From the NCBI GenBank assembly GCA_903813345.2, contig CAIIXF020000001.1:37262001-37326000 (forward strand): a DNA stretch of 64,000 bases, read 5' to 3'. The position numbers were made by a program, and so were the translations under genes. The stretch comes from Owenia fusiformis (lineage: Eukaryota). Below, one piece after another: positions 50,958 to 63,826 of this stretch. Positions within the stretch are counted from its first letter, which is position 1, and each line of letters begins with the position of its first letter. The notes beneath the pieces are model-generated. The model saw only the letters and a program-made list of their open reading frames with translations. It did not search any database and was not told the origin of the DNA.

Positions 50958-53900
50958 CTTAATAGAGTTATATCTAATCAAATTAGTATTGTAGGGATCT
51001 GTGAAGCTGGGAAGTATACGAATGATGTGATTGATCAAAGATTTTCTCTTGGCGATGAATTTCACCCACCATTATATAACCAAAACAATCGAGGATTATT
51101 GATTTATGTTAGGCGGGAACTATTGGTGAAACCAAGACCTGACCTAGATACCACAGACTGCATTTGGGTAGAGATTAAATATAAAAATACTAAAATTTTA
51201 TATGGGATTTACTACAAATCTCCAAATTTAGATAAAAATCAAGAAAATATATTTTTTGATACCGCTGAAAACACTATTAAGCAGGCCTCTAAATGCCACT
51301 GTGATTACCTACTGATAAATGGGGATTTTAACTCTAAGAACAAAAAATGGTGGTCTAAGGGGCAAACTGATTCAAATGGGGAAAGACTTGATGAAATTTT
51401 GATGGAATGTAACCTTGTTCAACTTATCCATGAAGCCACAAGAATAACTAATCAATCACGATCATGTATTGACCTAGCAATAACTAATTCACCTGATCTG
51501 ATAAGGGAATCTAAAGTGACTCATCCAATAGGCTGTACTGACCATTCAACATTGGAACTTACATTTCCAATGAAAATTTTAGGAACTTCTAAACATCAAA
51601 AACGTATTTGGAAGTATGACCAGTCTAACATAGAGCGAATAAACAGCCAAATATTTGACATAAACATTGAACAAAGATATAATGAATGCAATGATATTGA
51701 CCAATTAACAGAAACATTTACTAGAGATGTATTTAACATCTTTGAACAAAACATTCTAAATAAAATAACTACCTTTAATTCAAAAGATCAACCTTGGATA
51801 AATAACGATATTAAACACCTGATTAGGAAAAAATCACAATTTTATGAACGGTTCAAAAATTCAAAGAAGCAGATTGACCATGATAACTATAAACTTTTAG
51901 CTCAGCAAGTTAAAGATAAAATCACTGAAGCAAAAGAAAATTACCATTCCAAAATATGTGACAACCTTGAGGCAGAAGATAATGGAAACAACAAATACTG
52001 GGCAATCATTCAAAAACTTTTAAAGGGTGACGCATATCGTTTAGCAAATCGAACGCTCGTTTCTGGTGTTGCTCACCGTTTAGTATAAAAGGCCCGATCC
52101 CGGAATAATACTCAAGGGTTTACAGGTTCGAGGTCGTTGTGTCAACACCTCTAACTGTTATATAGCATAAGTATATTATAGATTGTCACACATTTATAAA
52201 AGGGTGATTTTTATTTTGACAAATCAATTCCACATTTATGGGTGAAGTTTCAGGATCTTCTATTTGTGTATAATAAGGAAAAATTGGCATCTAAATTTCC
52301 CCATAACGTAATAGCACACAGCTTGGCATATGAAATATCCTACAAAATGAAACAAAGCAAGACAAACCGGTTTCTGATACAAGGATTTATATTGGCTGCT
52401 GTACATGTATTCTTTGAACGCAATCACTCTTTGGATAACGTTTTCAAAATCATTATAAACGGATTACTTTATCTCAAAGACAATTTCAATAAACTGGATT
52501 TTACAGAACTCCCCTTATTTCTTAAAAATGGACTGATCCAGTTGATTCGCCTGGAGCCGCCATATTGTTTTTATACGGGATGCTAATCGGAACCCTTTAA
52601 ATAGAAAATACTATACTGGATTTCCCTCTTTGATTTTTGGGAATCTACTTGCAACTACAAGCCTTGAAAAGGCAAATTTGTTTCTATCTTTTTTTACATC
52701 AAAATATCACACTGACCACAATTTTGACCATTCACTCCCACAATTTAATAAAAGAACCCATATCAAAATGGATAACTTAAGCACATCATCAGAAGACCTT
52801 GACCTTATTATTAAATCACTCAAAAGAATAAAGCAGCTGGCTTAGATAATGTAACCAATGATATGATCAAATTAGCTTCCCCATCACTATCAGTTAAGCT
52901 TGCTGACCTCTTTAATCTTATCTTCAAGACTGGAGAATTTCCAACTATATGGAAGGAAGGCAACACCATCCCCATCTTCAAAAAAACCGACAGATCAGCT
53001 ATTGAAAATTATAGACCTATAACTTTACTTCAAGGATTTTCAAAAATCCTGGAGACAGTTGTCCACTCTCAAATACGGAGCATATTTTTAGAAACAAACT
53101 ACTCTTTGCAAAACAATCCGGATTCTTAGCTGGTCATAATACTGAACTCCAAATTACGGCTATCATTGACTTTATTTTGAATGAATTCGAAAAAGGGAAA
53201 TGTGTAAATGCCTGTTTCCTTGATATCAGTTCTGCGTTTGATTCTGTTCCGCACTCTCTACTTCTCCATAAACTAGAATCTTACGGAATTTCTGGTATGA
53301 CCCTAACACTTCTTAAATCTTACCTCTCAGAAAGAAAAATCTGTGTAACAGTTGATGATGTAAAATCCAACTTTTCAAATATCGGATACATTAACACAGG
53401 AGTACCTCAGGGATCTGTCCTTGGGCCACTCCTATTTCTCATCTACATAAACGATCTTCCTGACAACCTCAGATCAGAATGTTATATTTATGCGGACGAC
53501 ACGTCAGCCTATGCCTCTTTCAATATCGATGATAACCAAACCTTTGACCTGCAACATGATCTGAACATAATTGAACAGTGGTCTATTAAATGGCATTTAC
53601 AATTTAAAGCATCAAAAAGTGCTCACATGATATTCCAACCCAAGAATATTAATAATTTTGACATTATGCCCTTATTCTTTGAAGGTGTTGAAATCCCATA
53701 CAAAACTTCCCATAAACACCTGGGATTCACTTTTGACCACCGCTTAAAATTTGATGTACATATAAGTGAACTTGCCAGCAAGGTGCAAAAACAACTCAAT
53801 CCACTGAAATCACTATCTTATAAATTAAAATCTAGGTACCTTGAACTTATATATAACTCCTTTATTTTACCACACCTGGACTATTAGTTCAATCTATGGC

Positions 53901-54867
53901 TCAAGCACAGCTCAAAATTTGATAAAACTCGACAGATTGCACTATAGAGCAGCACTCAGCTGCTCTGGGGCATTACATGGATCAAGTACTCTTAAAACTC
54001 TTGATTGCCTGAAGTGGAAACCACTTGAGTCCAGAAGGAGAGACAAAAATCTCATTATTATGTTTAAAATTTGTAGAAATATGGCACCCGATTATATTGT
54101 TGAATGTTTTGACCATTATAAATCTGAGCAAAGAAGGGTTCTCAGAACCCATAGACCTTTCCAAATACCGGTTAAATCAAGTGCACGACTAATTAATGGA
54201 CCAGTGCTAAGATTGATCTCTGAATGGAATAAGTTATCACTAGAAGAGAGGTCTACTCCCACCATCTCTTTGTTCAAAAGTAAAATCAAAAAGAAATCTT
54301 CAAAGTTTAATGACTTCAATACAACTTCTAAACTCAATCTTTCTCGAAAACAAGAAATTACCTTAAACAGAATTAGATGCGGACTCTATTTTGAATCACA
54401 AAAGTTTGCTCATAATTTTCCCAACACAACTAATCTATGTGTCTGTGGTAAGAGTGCAACCCCTAAACACCTGATTCTGCAATGTAAGCGCCATTCAACA
54501 CAAAGGAAAAACCTTGAAGAAACCCTTGAGCAGCAAAACCTTGAGACCCATCTCAGTGGACAAGACAAAATTGAATTTTTAATTTTCAAAAATTCATTCT
54601 CAATTCAACAAGATTCTCAACTAAAAGGAAGGTTCGTTGATTTTATTCTTAGCTTAACCTAACCTATTTTATTTTGATTTACTTTTCACCATTAGGTGTA
54701 GGCAACTAGTTAGCACATTTATATGTATAACTCACTCAATTAATTAAATTAATTTAATTTATATTCATTTCAAAACGCTAGCCTGTATTGCACATTGCGC
54801 TAGGCAGCGACCTGTGTAACTCTTTTGACTGCAATATGATTGAAATAAATGTATAATGAACCGAAAA
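50958..54867 (+). mobile_element. 5'-truncated, decayed CR1/L2-group LINE (APE endonuclease + RT) with 12-bp TSD
   Basis: APE motifs (GDFN, CIDLAIT, TDH), RT motifs (NYRPITLL, FLDISSAFDSV, GVPQGSVLGPLLFLIYINDL, YADDT), C-terminal CxC...HLILQC; frameshifts near 52830, 53090 and 53885; AATAAA 54844-54849; duplication ATTAGAATATCT (50946-50957, 54868-54879). Confidence 0.93.
52024..52596. mobile_element. TTAA-flanked Kolobok-like insertion interrupting LINE ORF2
   Basis: TTAA|AGGGT ... ACCCT|TTAA; removing it restores the frame IQKLL-NRKYYTGFPSLIFG. Confidence 0.88.
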
Positions 54868-54955
54868 ATTAGAATATCTTTAATGGCAGGCATAATTCAG
54901 CCTAAAAGCCGGAAGTATATTAAACGGTTATAATAAAAAATTATTAGGGAACATA

Positions 54956-56544
54956 CAGGGTGTCCGGAAAGTAAAGATACAAATGCTCTCATTTTAAGAG
55001 ATTTACCTGTTATGAGATAAAATTGCTCCAGAATGTAGAATGACATTATAGCAATATATCCTGCAACGGTCATGAATTTTAGTTTTAAAATGAAAAAGTT
55101 ATGGTCGTTATGGTAACGGGAGTCGAGGGTATGTGGAGCAACGTCACAAATGTGTTTTACAAATCTCTTTCCTGCTCATAACATCTTGGCATTCTACCAT
55201 CTTTTCCTATATTACATCAAATTATATACTTCAACAGCATAAGGATTAGTACTGTAACATTATTTGATCTCTTCATATAACTACTATCATTGAATATTCA
55301 ATATTTTCCCCATTATCTAAACATTTTTGGTGCATCTTGACCGGAGATTCAAAGACTTGACAAAATCATTGCTGTCCGTCTCTCAAATTGCTGATAACAT
55401 TGACTTCCAGCTGAGACTCATTTTGTATGTTGAACTTCTTACAAATATTGCTTTCAGATGGTCATTAGGCAGAAGTCAAAAAAGGCTCTATCAGGTGAAT
55501 ATGGGGCATTGTATAGAAAGGTCTAATGTCAAGACAATCGATTGTAAGAAATGTTTTCTTTGCGCTTTGTGAATTGTTGTATTATAGAGATGCAATATTG
55601 ACTTTCCAACTAATTAAGAGACAATGGCATCATTATATAACAGAAAAACTATGGCAGTAATAAAACAAACAATGAACAAAGCAAAACATTGATAGAAAAT
55701 ACAACAAAAACACTGTTTCAGATGTTTGTATTTTAGCAATTTTTCACATTTTAGCGATGTTCTGGAACTGCTCCACATACCTCTCACAGTCGTAACCATA
55801 ACAACCGTAACTTGAAAACGTTAAGACTATATGTGATGAATGTTGGTAGATATTAAACAAATACTGGATGATCAGGAGCTGGATATGGCAGAATACCTAT
55901 TCGAGAAAAAATATTGGGCGAGGTGGCAGCCGAGCCCAATATTTTTTCGAGGATAGGTATTCTGGCCATATATAGCTTTTGATCATCCAGTATTTGTTTT
56001 ATTATGCACCTCCCAATCAAAGTTAAGTGGAGTACTTACAGTTTAGTTGACATTTTTTTATTTTTTCTTTCCGGCCAGTTTATTCGCTACACTGGACGAA
56101 AATATTTGCTCCGGGAATTTAATTTTTATTTATTCGAGACGTTCTTGCAGAATTATATGTAACTTTTGAATGATAAGGGTAATTGTGATTGATTAAGTGC
56201 ATTTTTTTCTTCTATTTTCCGCCAGTTTCAGATGTAAGCTTTAAGTAGTACTCCAGTTATTAAGAAATAAAACTCTGAAGTGGGAATGTTGCAAAAACAT
56301 TGAAAAAAATATCCGACCCTTTTTCTCGAAAGTGTCAGATATTAAAAAAATATCCGGCAGTTTTCAGAAAAGAGCAGAGTATTGCCAAATTACAAGCAAC
56401 TAAGAACCAATCAGATTTGAGTATTTTAATGAGGTGCATAATAAATTGTAATACACCTTCTCTACAATCAGAAGCAGTTTCATTTCAAAAGACCCAAATT
56501 TCTTAAAGTAAGAGCATTTGTATCTTTACTTTCCGGACACCCTG
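54956..56544. mobile_element. Tc1/mariner-like MITE with a nested hairpin element
   Basis: TA|CAGGGTGTCCGGAAAGTAAAGATACAAATGCTCT ... AGAGCATTTGTATCTTTACTTTCCGGACACCCTG|TA. Confidence 0.9.
55851..56445. mobile_element. Hairpin-ended element (A-A'-B...B' structure), possibly Crypton-type non-autonomous
   Basis: ~150-bp hairpin 55856-56000 centred on GGGCGAGGTGGCAGCCGAGCCC, immediately followed by TTTATTATGCACCTC whose inverse GAGGTGCATAATAAA ends at 56445. Confidence 0.6.
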
Positions 56545-57201
56545 TATGTATGTATGCTAATGTTAGGTCAAATATCGCTGCGCTATAGTGTGCTACCAGC
56601 TCCTTTATCAGACGTCTTAGAGATGTCATACCATGGACTAATACATACAGTACATACAGTACATACACACATACATACATACACAGTCTACCACTTGGGG
56701 CTGTATTCCCCAGGAGTTTATTAGGGACTAGGTCCATCAGACAATATTTCTTATTTCGGTAGGACTAGAAATATGTTCATACAATTATTACAAAAATAAA
56801 ACTTAAAAATGCGGTATTTCAGACAGACCAGCTGGTATATTATATAGGAACTGTATCAGTTTTCGTATTCACTGAACCAAGATATGAGCCCGTTTTCGTA
56901 TTTTTCTGACTTCATTTACGTAACTTAAGTGAGGAAGTATATTGATGCTTTTAAAGTCTTACGCAGTGATTCGTTCGAAAAAGTTTACATTTTCTGAAAC
57001 ATAAGACCATGAATTACGTTTGTGCCAAAAAAGGTAGAAATGATTTTGCCTTCATCTCACATATTTTTTCGAATAACTGTTGTGCCATTTTGTTACGAAA
57101 TCGGATCAGGATTAGGTTATGCATTAATAAACAACTTACATCTTAGAAGCAATCATATTTCTTTATTTACCATGTTTCATTTGCAACAAAAATGGTTTGT
57201 T

Positions 57202-60200
57202 CTATTTAATTTTGACTCTTAAGACTATTACACTTCCTGGACCACAGACCCGATTCCCAATTTGCTTAATGGTGTCTCTGAGTTTTGTAAAGTCTGCGCT
57301 TAATATGTTAAACATGAGCTCTGGATTGGTACTAGCTCCAGAAATACGCGTCCATTCTTCTTGTCCAATAACTTGTGGTACACAGTTAGGTTTATTTGGC
57401 TTACAGCCCTGAGGCAGACCAACCACCAGGAGTTCCGCGCCAGTGGCTCTTAGGGCATCCGCGTTCTTAAATGTGTCTTTTGTTCTGCCTAAAATGGAAC
57501 ATTGTGGTCAGAAACATCGAAGAAAGCTATAGCTATCTCTCAGTCACACAAAACTAGTTTTCAACTTGTCTTATCTCGACCTAAAACGTAAAACGGTCGA
57601 TGGTCGGGTTGAAACGTTCTAAAATAAGATATACATTCCCCTCCATAAATGTGACAACCTCAGCTCCTTAACTACGTGTTAATTTTATTTACTTAACCTG
57701 CTATACAAAATTCTTATAATATTGATGAAAACGTAATTTGACTTTATTTCCAATACCTCCAAATTTTCTAATTTTTTCTCATTTACAATAAGTCGAAAAT
57801 TAATGATAAAGGATAGGTATCGATATGGAGAACTGTCTTCAATAATGTTTTCTCTTAAACCAATCATTGAAAACATTATGTAAAAAACATGGTATTTTAT
57901 GTAATGTTGACTGATTGACAACAACTTAATGCGAAAATTATTTAGAAATATTCTATATAACTTTTTGTTAACATTTTTTGTTTTTTTTAGTGCAATTGTT
58001 TTTGCTCCTTTCTACCAATTCTTGAGAAATAAATAAAATGTCTTTCCGAACCTTGGTTGAACAAAATAGCATATACAACATGTTTTTAGACCTCTCAATA
58101 TTAAAGTTATACAAAGAAATTTTTGGTTGATTTTAAAAAAGTATTCAAAAAATTAAGACAAAATCCCCCCAAAATAGATAAAAATTAAGAAAAAACTTTA
58201 TTTCATTAACAAGATACTTTTTTAAAATCAACCAAAATTTCCTTTGTACAATTACAATATTGAGAGACCTAAACATGTTGTGTTTATGTCGTTATTGTTC
58301 CAATGAGGTTCGGAAAGATGTTTCATTTCCCTCTGGAAACATGATACCAAGAACAAAACAAGTATATCTATTTCAAATTATATTGTTACCATTCAAAAGA
58401 TCTCCATTAAATTGATAACTTGTGTGATTTGCAGAAATTTTTGATGACTGGTTTAAGAGAAACGTGTCTTCAAAAAGTTCGCCATATCGATACCCATTCT
58501 TTGATGAATTTTTGAAAATCTACATTCCCACGTTAACCTGTGAGAAATGCTAGGTTTGCCGCAAGTCATATGACAGAATATCCATCCATCTTTTACTGAA
58601 AATGCCCCGAAAGCTCGATTTCCCATTGCATTACATGGGAGTGACGATTTTAAAAAGTTCATCAAAGGAGTGGTATCGATATGAAGAACTGAATTCAACA
58701 ATGTTTCTCTCTTTAACCAATCATTGAAAACATTCTGTAATAAACACGGTAATTTATATAATGTTGACTGATTGACAACAATTTAATGCGAAAATTATTT
58801 AGAAATATTTTATATAACTGTTTTTGTTAACATTTTTTTTAATGCATTTGTTTTTGATTCTTTTTACCTGATAAAAATTAAGAAAAAACTTTTATTTCAT
58901 TAACAAGATACTTTTTTAAAATCAACCAAAATTTCCTTTGTACAATTACAATATTGAGAGACCAAAACATGTTGTGTTTATGTCGTTTTGTTCCAATGAG
59001 GTTCGGAAAGATGTTTCATTTCGCTATGGAAACATGATACCAAGAACAAAACATGTGTTTGATGGGTTTTCTAAAACAATATAGATGAAAAAGATGACCA
59101 TTAAATTGACGATGTGTTGAATTTTTAGATTTTTTATGACTGGTTTAAGAGAAACGTGTGTTCACGTGTGATATCGATACCACTCCTTTATCATCAATTT
59201 TCGGTCTATTGTAATTGAGGAAAAAATTGAGAAAACTTGGAGATATTGGAAATAAAGTCAAGTTACATTTCCATCAATAATTTAAGTTATTTCATCGCCA
59301 GTTAAGTAAATAAAAAATTCGAACGTAAAGAGGCTTTAACACATAGTTCAACGGGAGAGCTAAGGCTGCCAAACTTATGGAGGGAAGTGTAGGTAATGTA
59401 GCGATTTGAGGCATTTTGATCGGGGTGTTGTTGGGGCAAATTATTATGTGACTATCTGAGTTTATGTTTTAATCCGATTAGAATATCTGGTCTTGTACGC
59501 CGCAGATGGTGTGGAAGAGGTCAACATCAGTCTTGACCTAAAGCCAATGCTATAAAATTTCAACAAAACCATTCCACTCCTTTTTCAGACATAGCAAAAA
59601 CGAAAAATAGTACTCATAAAAATGGACTAAATTTTTAACAATTGCTGCTTACTAGCCAAATTCATACGACATTAAAATATCTGCACTTTTTAAATGGCCG
59701 CTCGCAGGTAAAGGAGAGGGATTTCATCCAAAAAACATTAATATACTTTAAAACATTTTATTGACTTCAGAACGTCGAATAAGTCTGTTCTCCCCCTTAA
59801 CTTTTTTTTATTTTTACAGTTATCATACATTCCCATATCATTCTATAGCTTATGGAAAATGATGATCCCCTTTAAAAGATCATTAATGAGCTCTTCCTAA
59901 TAATATTGTTACAATGTTTCTTGAAAGTATGAGGTTGACAATTGATCACATCAAAATAGTAAAATTATTCGAAGATCAACCAGCGGAGACACATTATAGC
60001 CATAAAACATTATAATAATTTGGTGGCGGCGGTTTCAGATTCGGAATCCTGATGGTATCTCAAAATTTTGATAACTTTTTTCTTGACCTACTTTCTGTAC
60101 ATCATATCTCAAAACTGATCTTGGATACCTATCATTCTTCTCTAACAGTACACACAAAAATATGAAAGTATAGTGCGGAAATCGCAAAATCAAAGAAAAT

Positions 60201-63200
60201 GACTGAGATTTCGACCTTGACCTTAGATCTTTATCTCTTATTTGATATAAGAAAAACGATTTCGAAAATCTGACGATTTTGAACTTGAAAGGTCTTACAT
60301 CCTGAACCGGAAGTCGGATTTCAATTCTGTTTTCAGAGTCGGAATCCTGAGACGTTGTAAATGATTCATTATCAGTAAGTACCAATGCATATTCTGTACA
60401 GTACATATCCATTGATGAACAATGTAATAATAGAAAAATGATAAAGCTAAGTACATTGAATGATGAACATCATTAAAGGCAGAATCAGATGTACTGTAGC
60501 AATTACTTTCATCACTTTGGTGCTTATTCTTGACGAAACTTGTTTTAATTTTAGAATATTGTGGGCTCATATTATTCCATGTCTATTTTCTAAAATATTC
60601 AAAGTTATTCTTTATTTGAGGAAAATTAATGATTTTTACAGTCATGCCATTCTTATTATTTGGGAGGATTAAAATACTGTCCCCCCATTTTTGCATTATG
60701 AACCTTAAATAGCTTCGCCAACTGATAACATATCACAGATCTTTTGGCAGATATTATATATGAGCTTGTAAGGAATATATTGGTAGATCAATGTACATAT
60801 CGCTTGCAATTTTGTCACTCCCTATAGATCTGATTCTGCCTTTAGTACAAACCTCATTTCATCCAAATGATGAACATCGATCTGGTACTTACGTATTTTG
60901 AGGCAGTTCGTGCGCGGCATTCTTATGTTTTCGAAATGTGCCCAAAAATATAAAACATGTGAAACCACGTTAATGAAAACACAGAATTGTGTTAAGGGCT
61001 GATGTGAAGAAGTAAGTCCATCCTAGTGTGGATTGAGCCAAAGAACCATCGCTTTTCGGGCGAATGCTCTATACCACTGTGCTGTGGGACCGAACGGCTC
61101 TTTGACATCCACACAGCATATATGACATTGCAGCCGTTGCTGTCCAGACCAAATATTAGTTTACCTGTCTTTCCAGGTTGTTATTCACTCTGTTGTATGA
61201 TTTCACATAGTCATTCCCACGAGCCACTCTCCTATGGAGAGTCTTGGTTAAAGAATTGATCCTGTGCAAAGGGCTGATGTGAGAGTCAGTCCACCCTTGT
61301 GGGGAATTCATCATCTGATCAAATGATTTTTGGGAAAAAGTTGATAAAATCGAGTATGTTGGTGTAACACCGATGTACTTTGTAAAACATATACTTACCA
61401 GAAGGTTTAGTAACTCCATCTGACAACAGAATAACTATATTGGGAGCGTCAGGACGATCCCCTCTCTCTGGAGTAAAATACAAATTCGTCATTCTTTCCA
61501 AAGCTGCAAATGTATGCGTTGTACAGTCTACTTCAGTAAGATTCATTGTCTCTATACTCTGAATAAGTTTGTCAGGGTTGCGCACGTCTGACAGAAATGC
61601 AACATGTTGGGTTCCTTTATTAAAAGTTAGTGCAGCCATTTGTACGCCATCATTCTCAATACTGGGACTTAAGAAGAAGGCTCGAGCAATTTCTGTCATA
61701 AAAGTTCGAATCCTATCTTTATCAGCATCGGAAATAGAGCAGGATGTATCCACGGCAAATACAATATCAATGGCCTTCGAGCAATTTATTCTAATTGCTG
61801 AAAAATAAAAATAAAGTAACTCTGGAGATGAACAGTATCATATTAAACTTACGATAATCGGAGTATCATAAGGTTATCTTACGTGGTTCACAAGTTTCTG
61901 TTACGTTACTACAGACCAGACCTCTACAACAATCGCCATCTGATGAACATCTCTGACTTCTCTCTCTACAACCTATAAAATAAACGTTGACCTAACATAC
62001 AAAACAAGAAGTCTGAAGTCTGAAAACTCAATGAGATTAGATGTAAAAAGAGCAAAGTAGATTTTAAGATGATTTAGGCCTAGCTATTTCAAAGTGCATA
62101 ATGTACAAACATGTTCCTGTAAATCCACATGCCATTACTTCATTGACCTTTACGCAGCAGTCAAGTCCATTTCCGTTTCCATTTCCATTTTCACATGGTT
62201 GACCAAGTTCTTGACATGCTTTTTCTGAAAAGTATTCGCATTGAAAATCTATGACTTCATATTTAAAACAGGTTTTCGTATACAGTCTATAAATAAGCAA
62301 TAACCATTTTATCTAGCCTGCCCAATATTGATATTTGTTGTCCTAAACAATTTAGATATCTGAGTAAAATCTAGAATTGTGTAGAATCAGTGGTCGAGCA
62401 GTAAACCGTTCATAGTATCACGAAATCATCATTTTTATATAACATTGATAATCATGGCCCAGATTGTGTTTGGCTGTCATTAAAAGTGTAAGTATTGTCC
62501 TCACATTTTCCCATTACAACAGGGTGTTTACCAATTGAATGTGACAATTGAACGCGCGGGGTAAGGTACAATACGAGGCGATGAAATTATGCAAACTGAT
62601 GTTTTCATCGTTTGAGAAAGATCTGGTCTAGTTTCTAGATATTTTAATATATCAATGTCTGACCCGCGCGTTATATCGTATACACATATTTGAAACCAAA
62701 TAGATGGCGTCACTTCAATAACGCATCCATAGCGAATTCACCCCGGGGAATTCACATACCAAACTTCCATCCCATCAAAAATTATACTCAAGAGAGTGTC
62801 TGAAGCAAAATGATACCGAAGTACTTTTTCCAAGCTAAGTAACGAAATCGGCGTTAGGGACAGTAGTACCCCTGAATAGTTGTTTTTACCTTTTGTACAC
62901 TTTTGTGGGACTTTGTCCCAACTAACCGAGGTTCCGATTTGTTCACATGTTAATACAATTGGTCCCTCTGGCTCAAAGTCATCATCGCATTCAACAGTCA
63001 CCTGATCACCGCACGCGTTATTACCGACTGTCGGTGATCGTCCTCCGTTTTCTGGTGCTACTATATCAATACACTGTAGCCCTGTGAGACGATAGAATAA
63101 AATAAAATATATCAAAATCCGATGTATAGTTGCTGTGATGTGCGTAAGTCTTTGCCTCTGTCCTTTAATACTATCAATACATTGGTAATAATATCAATAC

Positions 63201-63826
63201 TTGTATAAGAGTAACGTGCAGTATATAAGTGCTACGTTAGTCTTCTATGGAAAAAGCTTGTACAAACTTTCGCATGTTGGGACTGGACCATCAAGTTCAC
63301 CATTGGACTCGCACTCGACAGTTTTATCAATTTGACCAGCTGGATTTCTCGACAGCGTGTAACAGTCGTTGCAACTAAAACGTGTGACATCGTATCTATT
63401 AAAGCGGCAGTGAAAAACCCTTAACTTCTAAAGTCAAAATTCAAAACTTCAGTCAATCATTGAGCATAAGCACAATATCGAAGAGATATTAATTGGAATG
63501 TTAAACGGATTTGCTTCTTCATAATTTCGGCCAAGCAATATTTTCACACAATTTTGCTGATTAAGGGAGAGGGGTCAAAATCTCGGGGGGGGGGGGGGGG
63601 GGGGGGCTCCAGCTTCCCCTCCCTTCGACCATTAAAAAACGAAGTAGCTCATAGGCCAGTCAGAATGATCGAAAATTGTTTGCATTTTTAAGAAGTTGGC
63701 ACATCCTTTAATGGCAGTACCTGAATGATACAATCTCGCCAGGTTTGAATCGTCCTTGTTGATTCGGAGCACTTCCGGAGTCGATTCTCCCATTCTGCGG
63801 AGCAACGGGGTACTCACAATCGGGAG
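57202..63826 (-). CDS. Host gene copy B: Sushi/CCP x2 - knottin-like x2 - VWA protein; 5' part continues beyond the window
   Basis: In-frame GT..AG exons 63826-63721, 63374-63268, 63081-62890, 62224-62111, 61972-61883, 61797-61399, 57488-57202; MIDAS DTSCS...T...LSDG; AATAAA at 57162-57167. No start codon or signal peptide visible. Confidence 0.87.
57634..59389. mobile_element. TA-flanked foldback element in the last intron of gene copy B, containing two palindromic modules
   Basis: TA|CATTCCCCTCCATAA ... TTATGGAGGGAAGTG|TA; arms continue inward (GACTTTATTTCCAATA / TATTGGAAATAAAGTC); modules ~57808-58503 and ~58663-59190 resemble 31321-32026. Confidence 0.72.
60477..60841. mobile_element. 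~370-bp Kolobok-like MITE (copy 3, related ends)
   Basis: TTAA|AGGCAGAATCAGAT ... ATCTGATTCTGCCT|TTAG. Confidence 0.75.

Noticed and set aside
52242..52586. 114-aa ORF between LINE fragments
   Set aside because: Lies entirely within the TTAA-flanked insertion and has no recognisable motif.
25956..63826. Calling the Sushi-VWA genes complement factor B/C2
   Set aside because: Both copies stop right after the VWA domain with a poly(A) signal and no serine protease exons; no gene symbol assigned.
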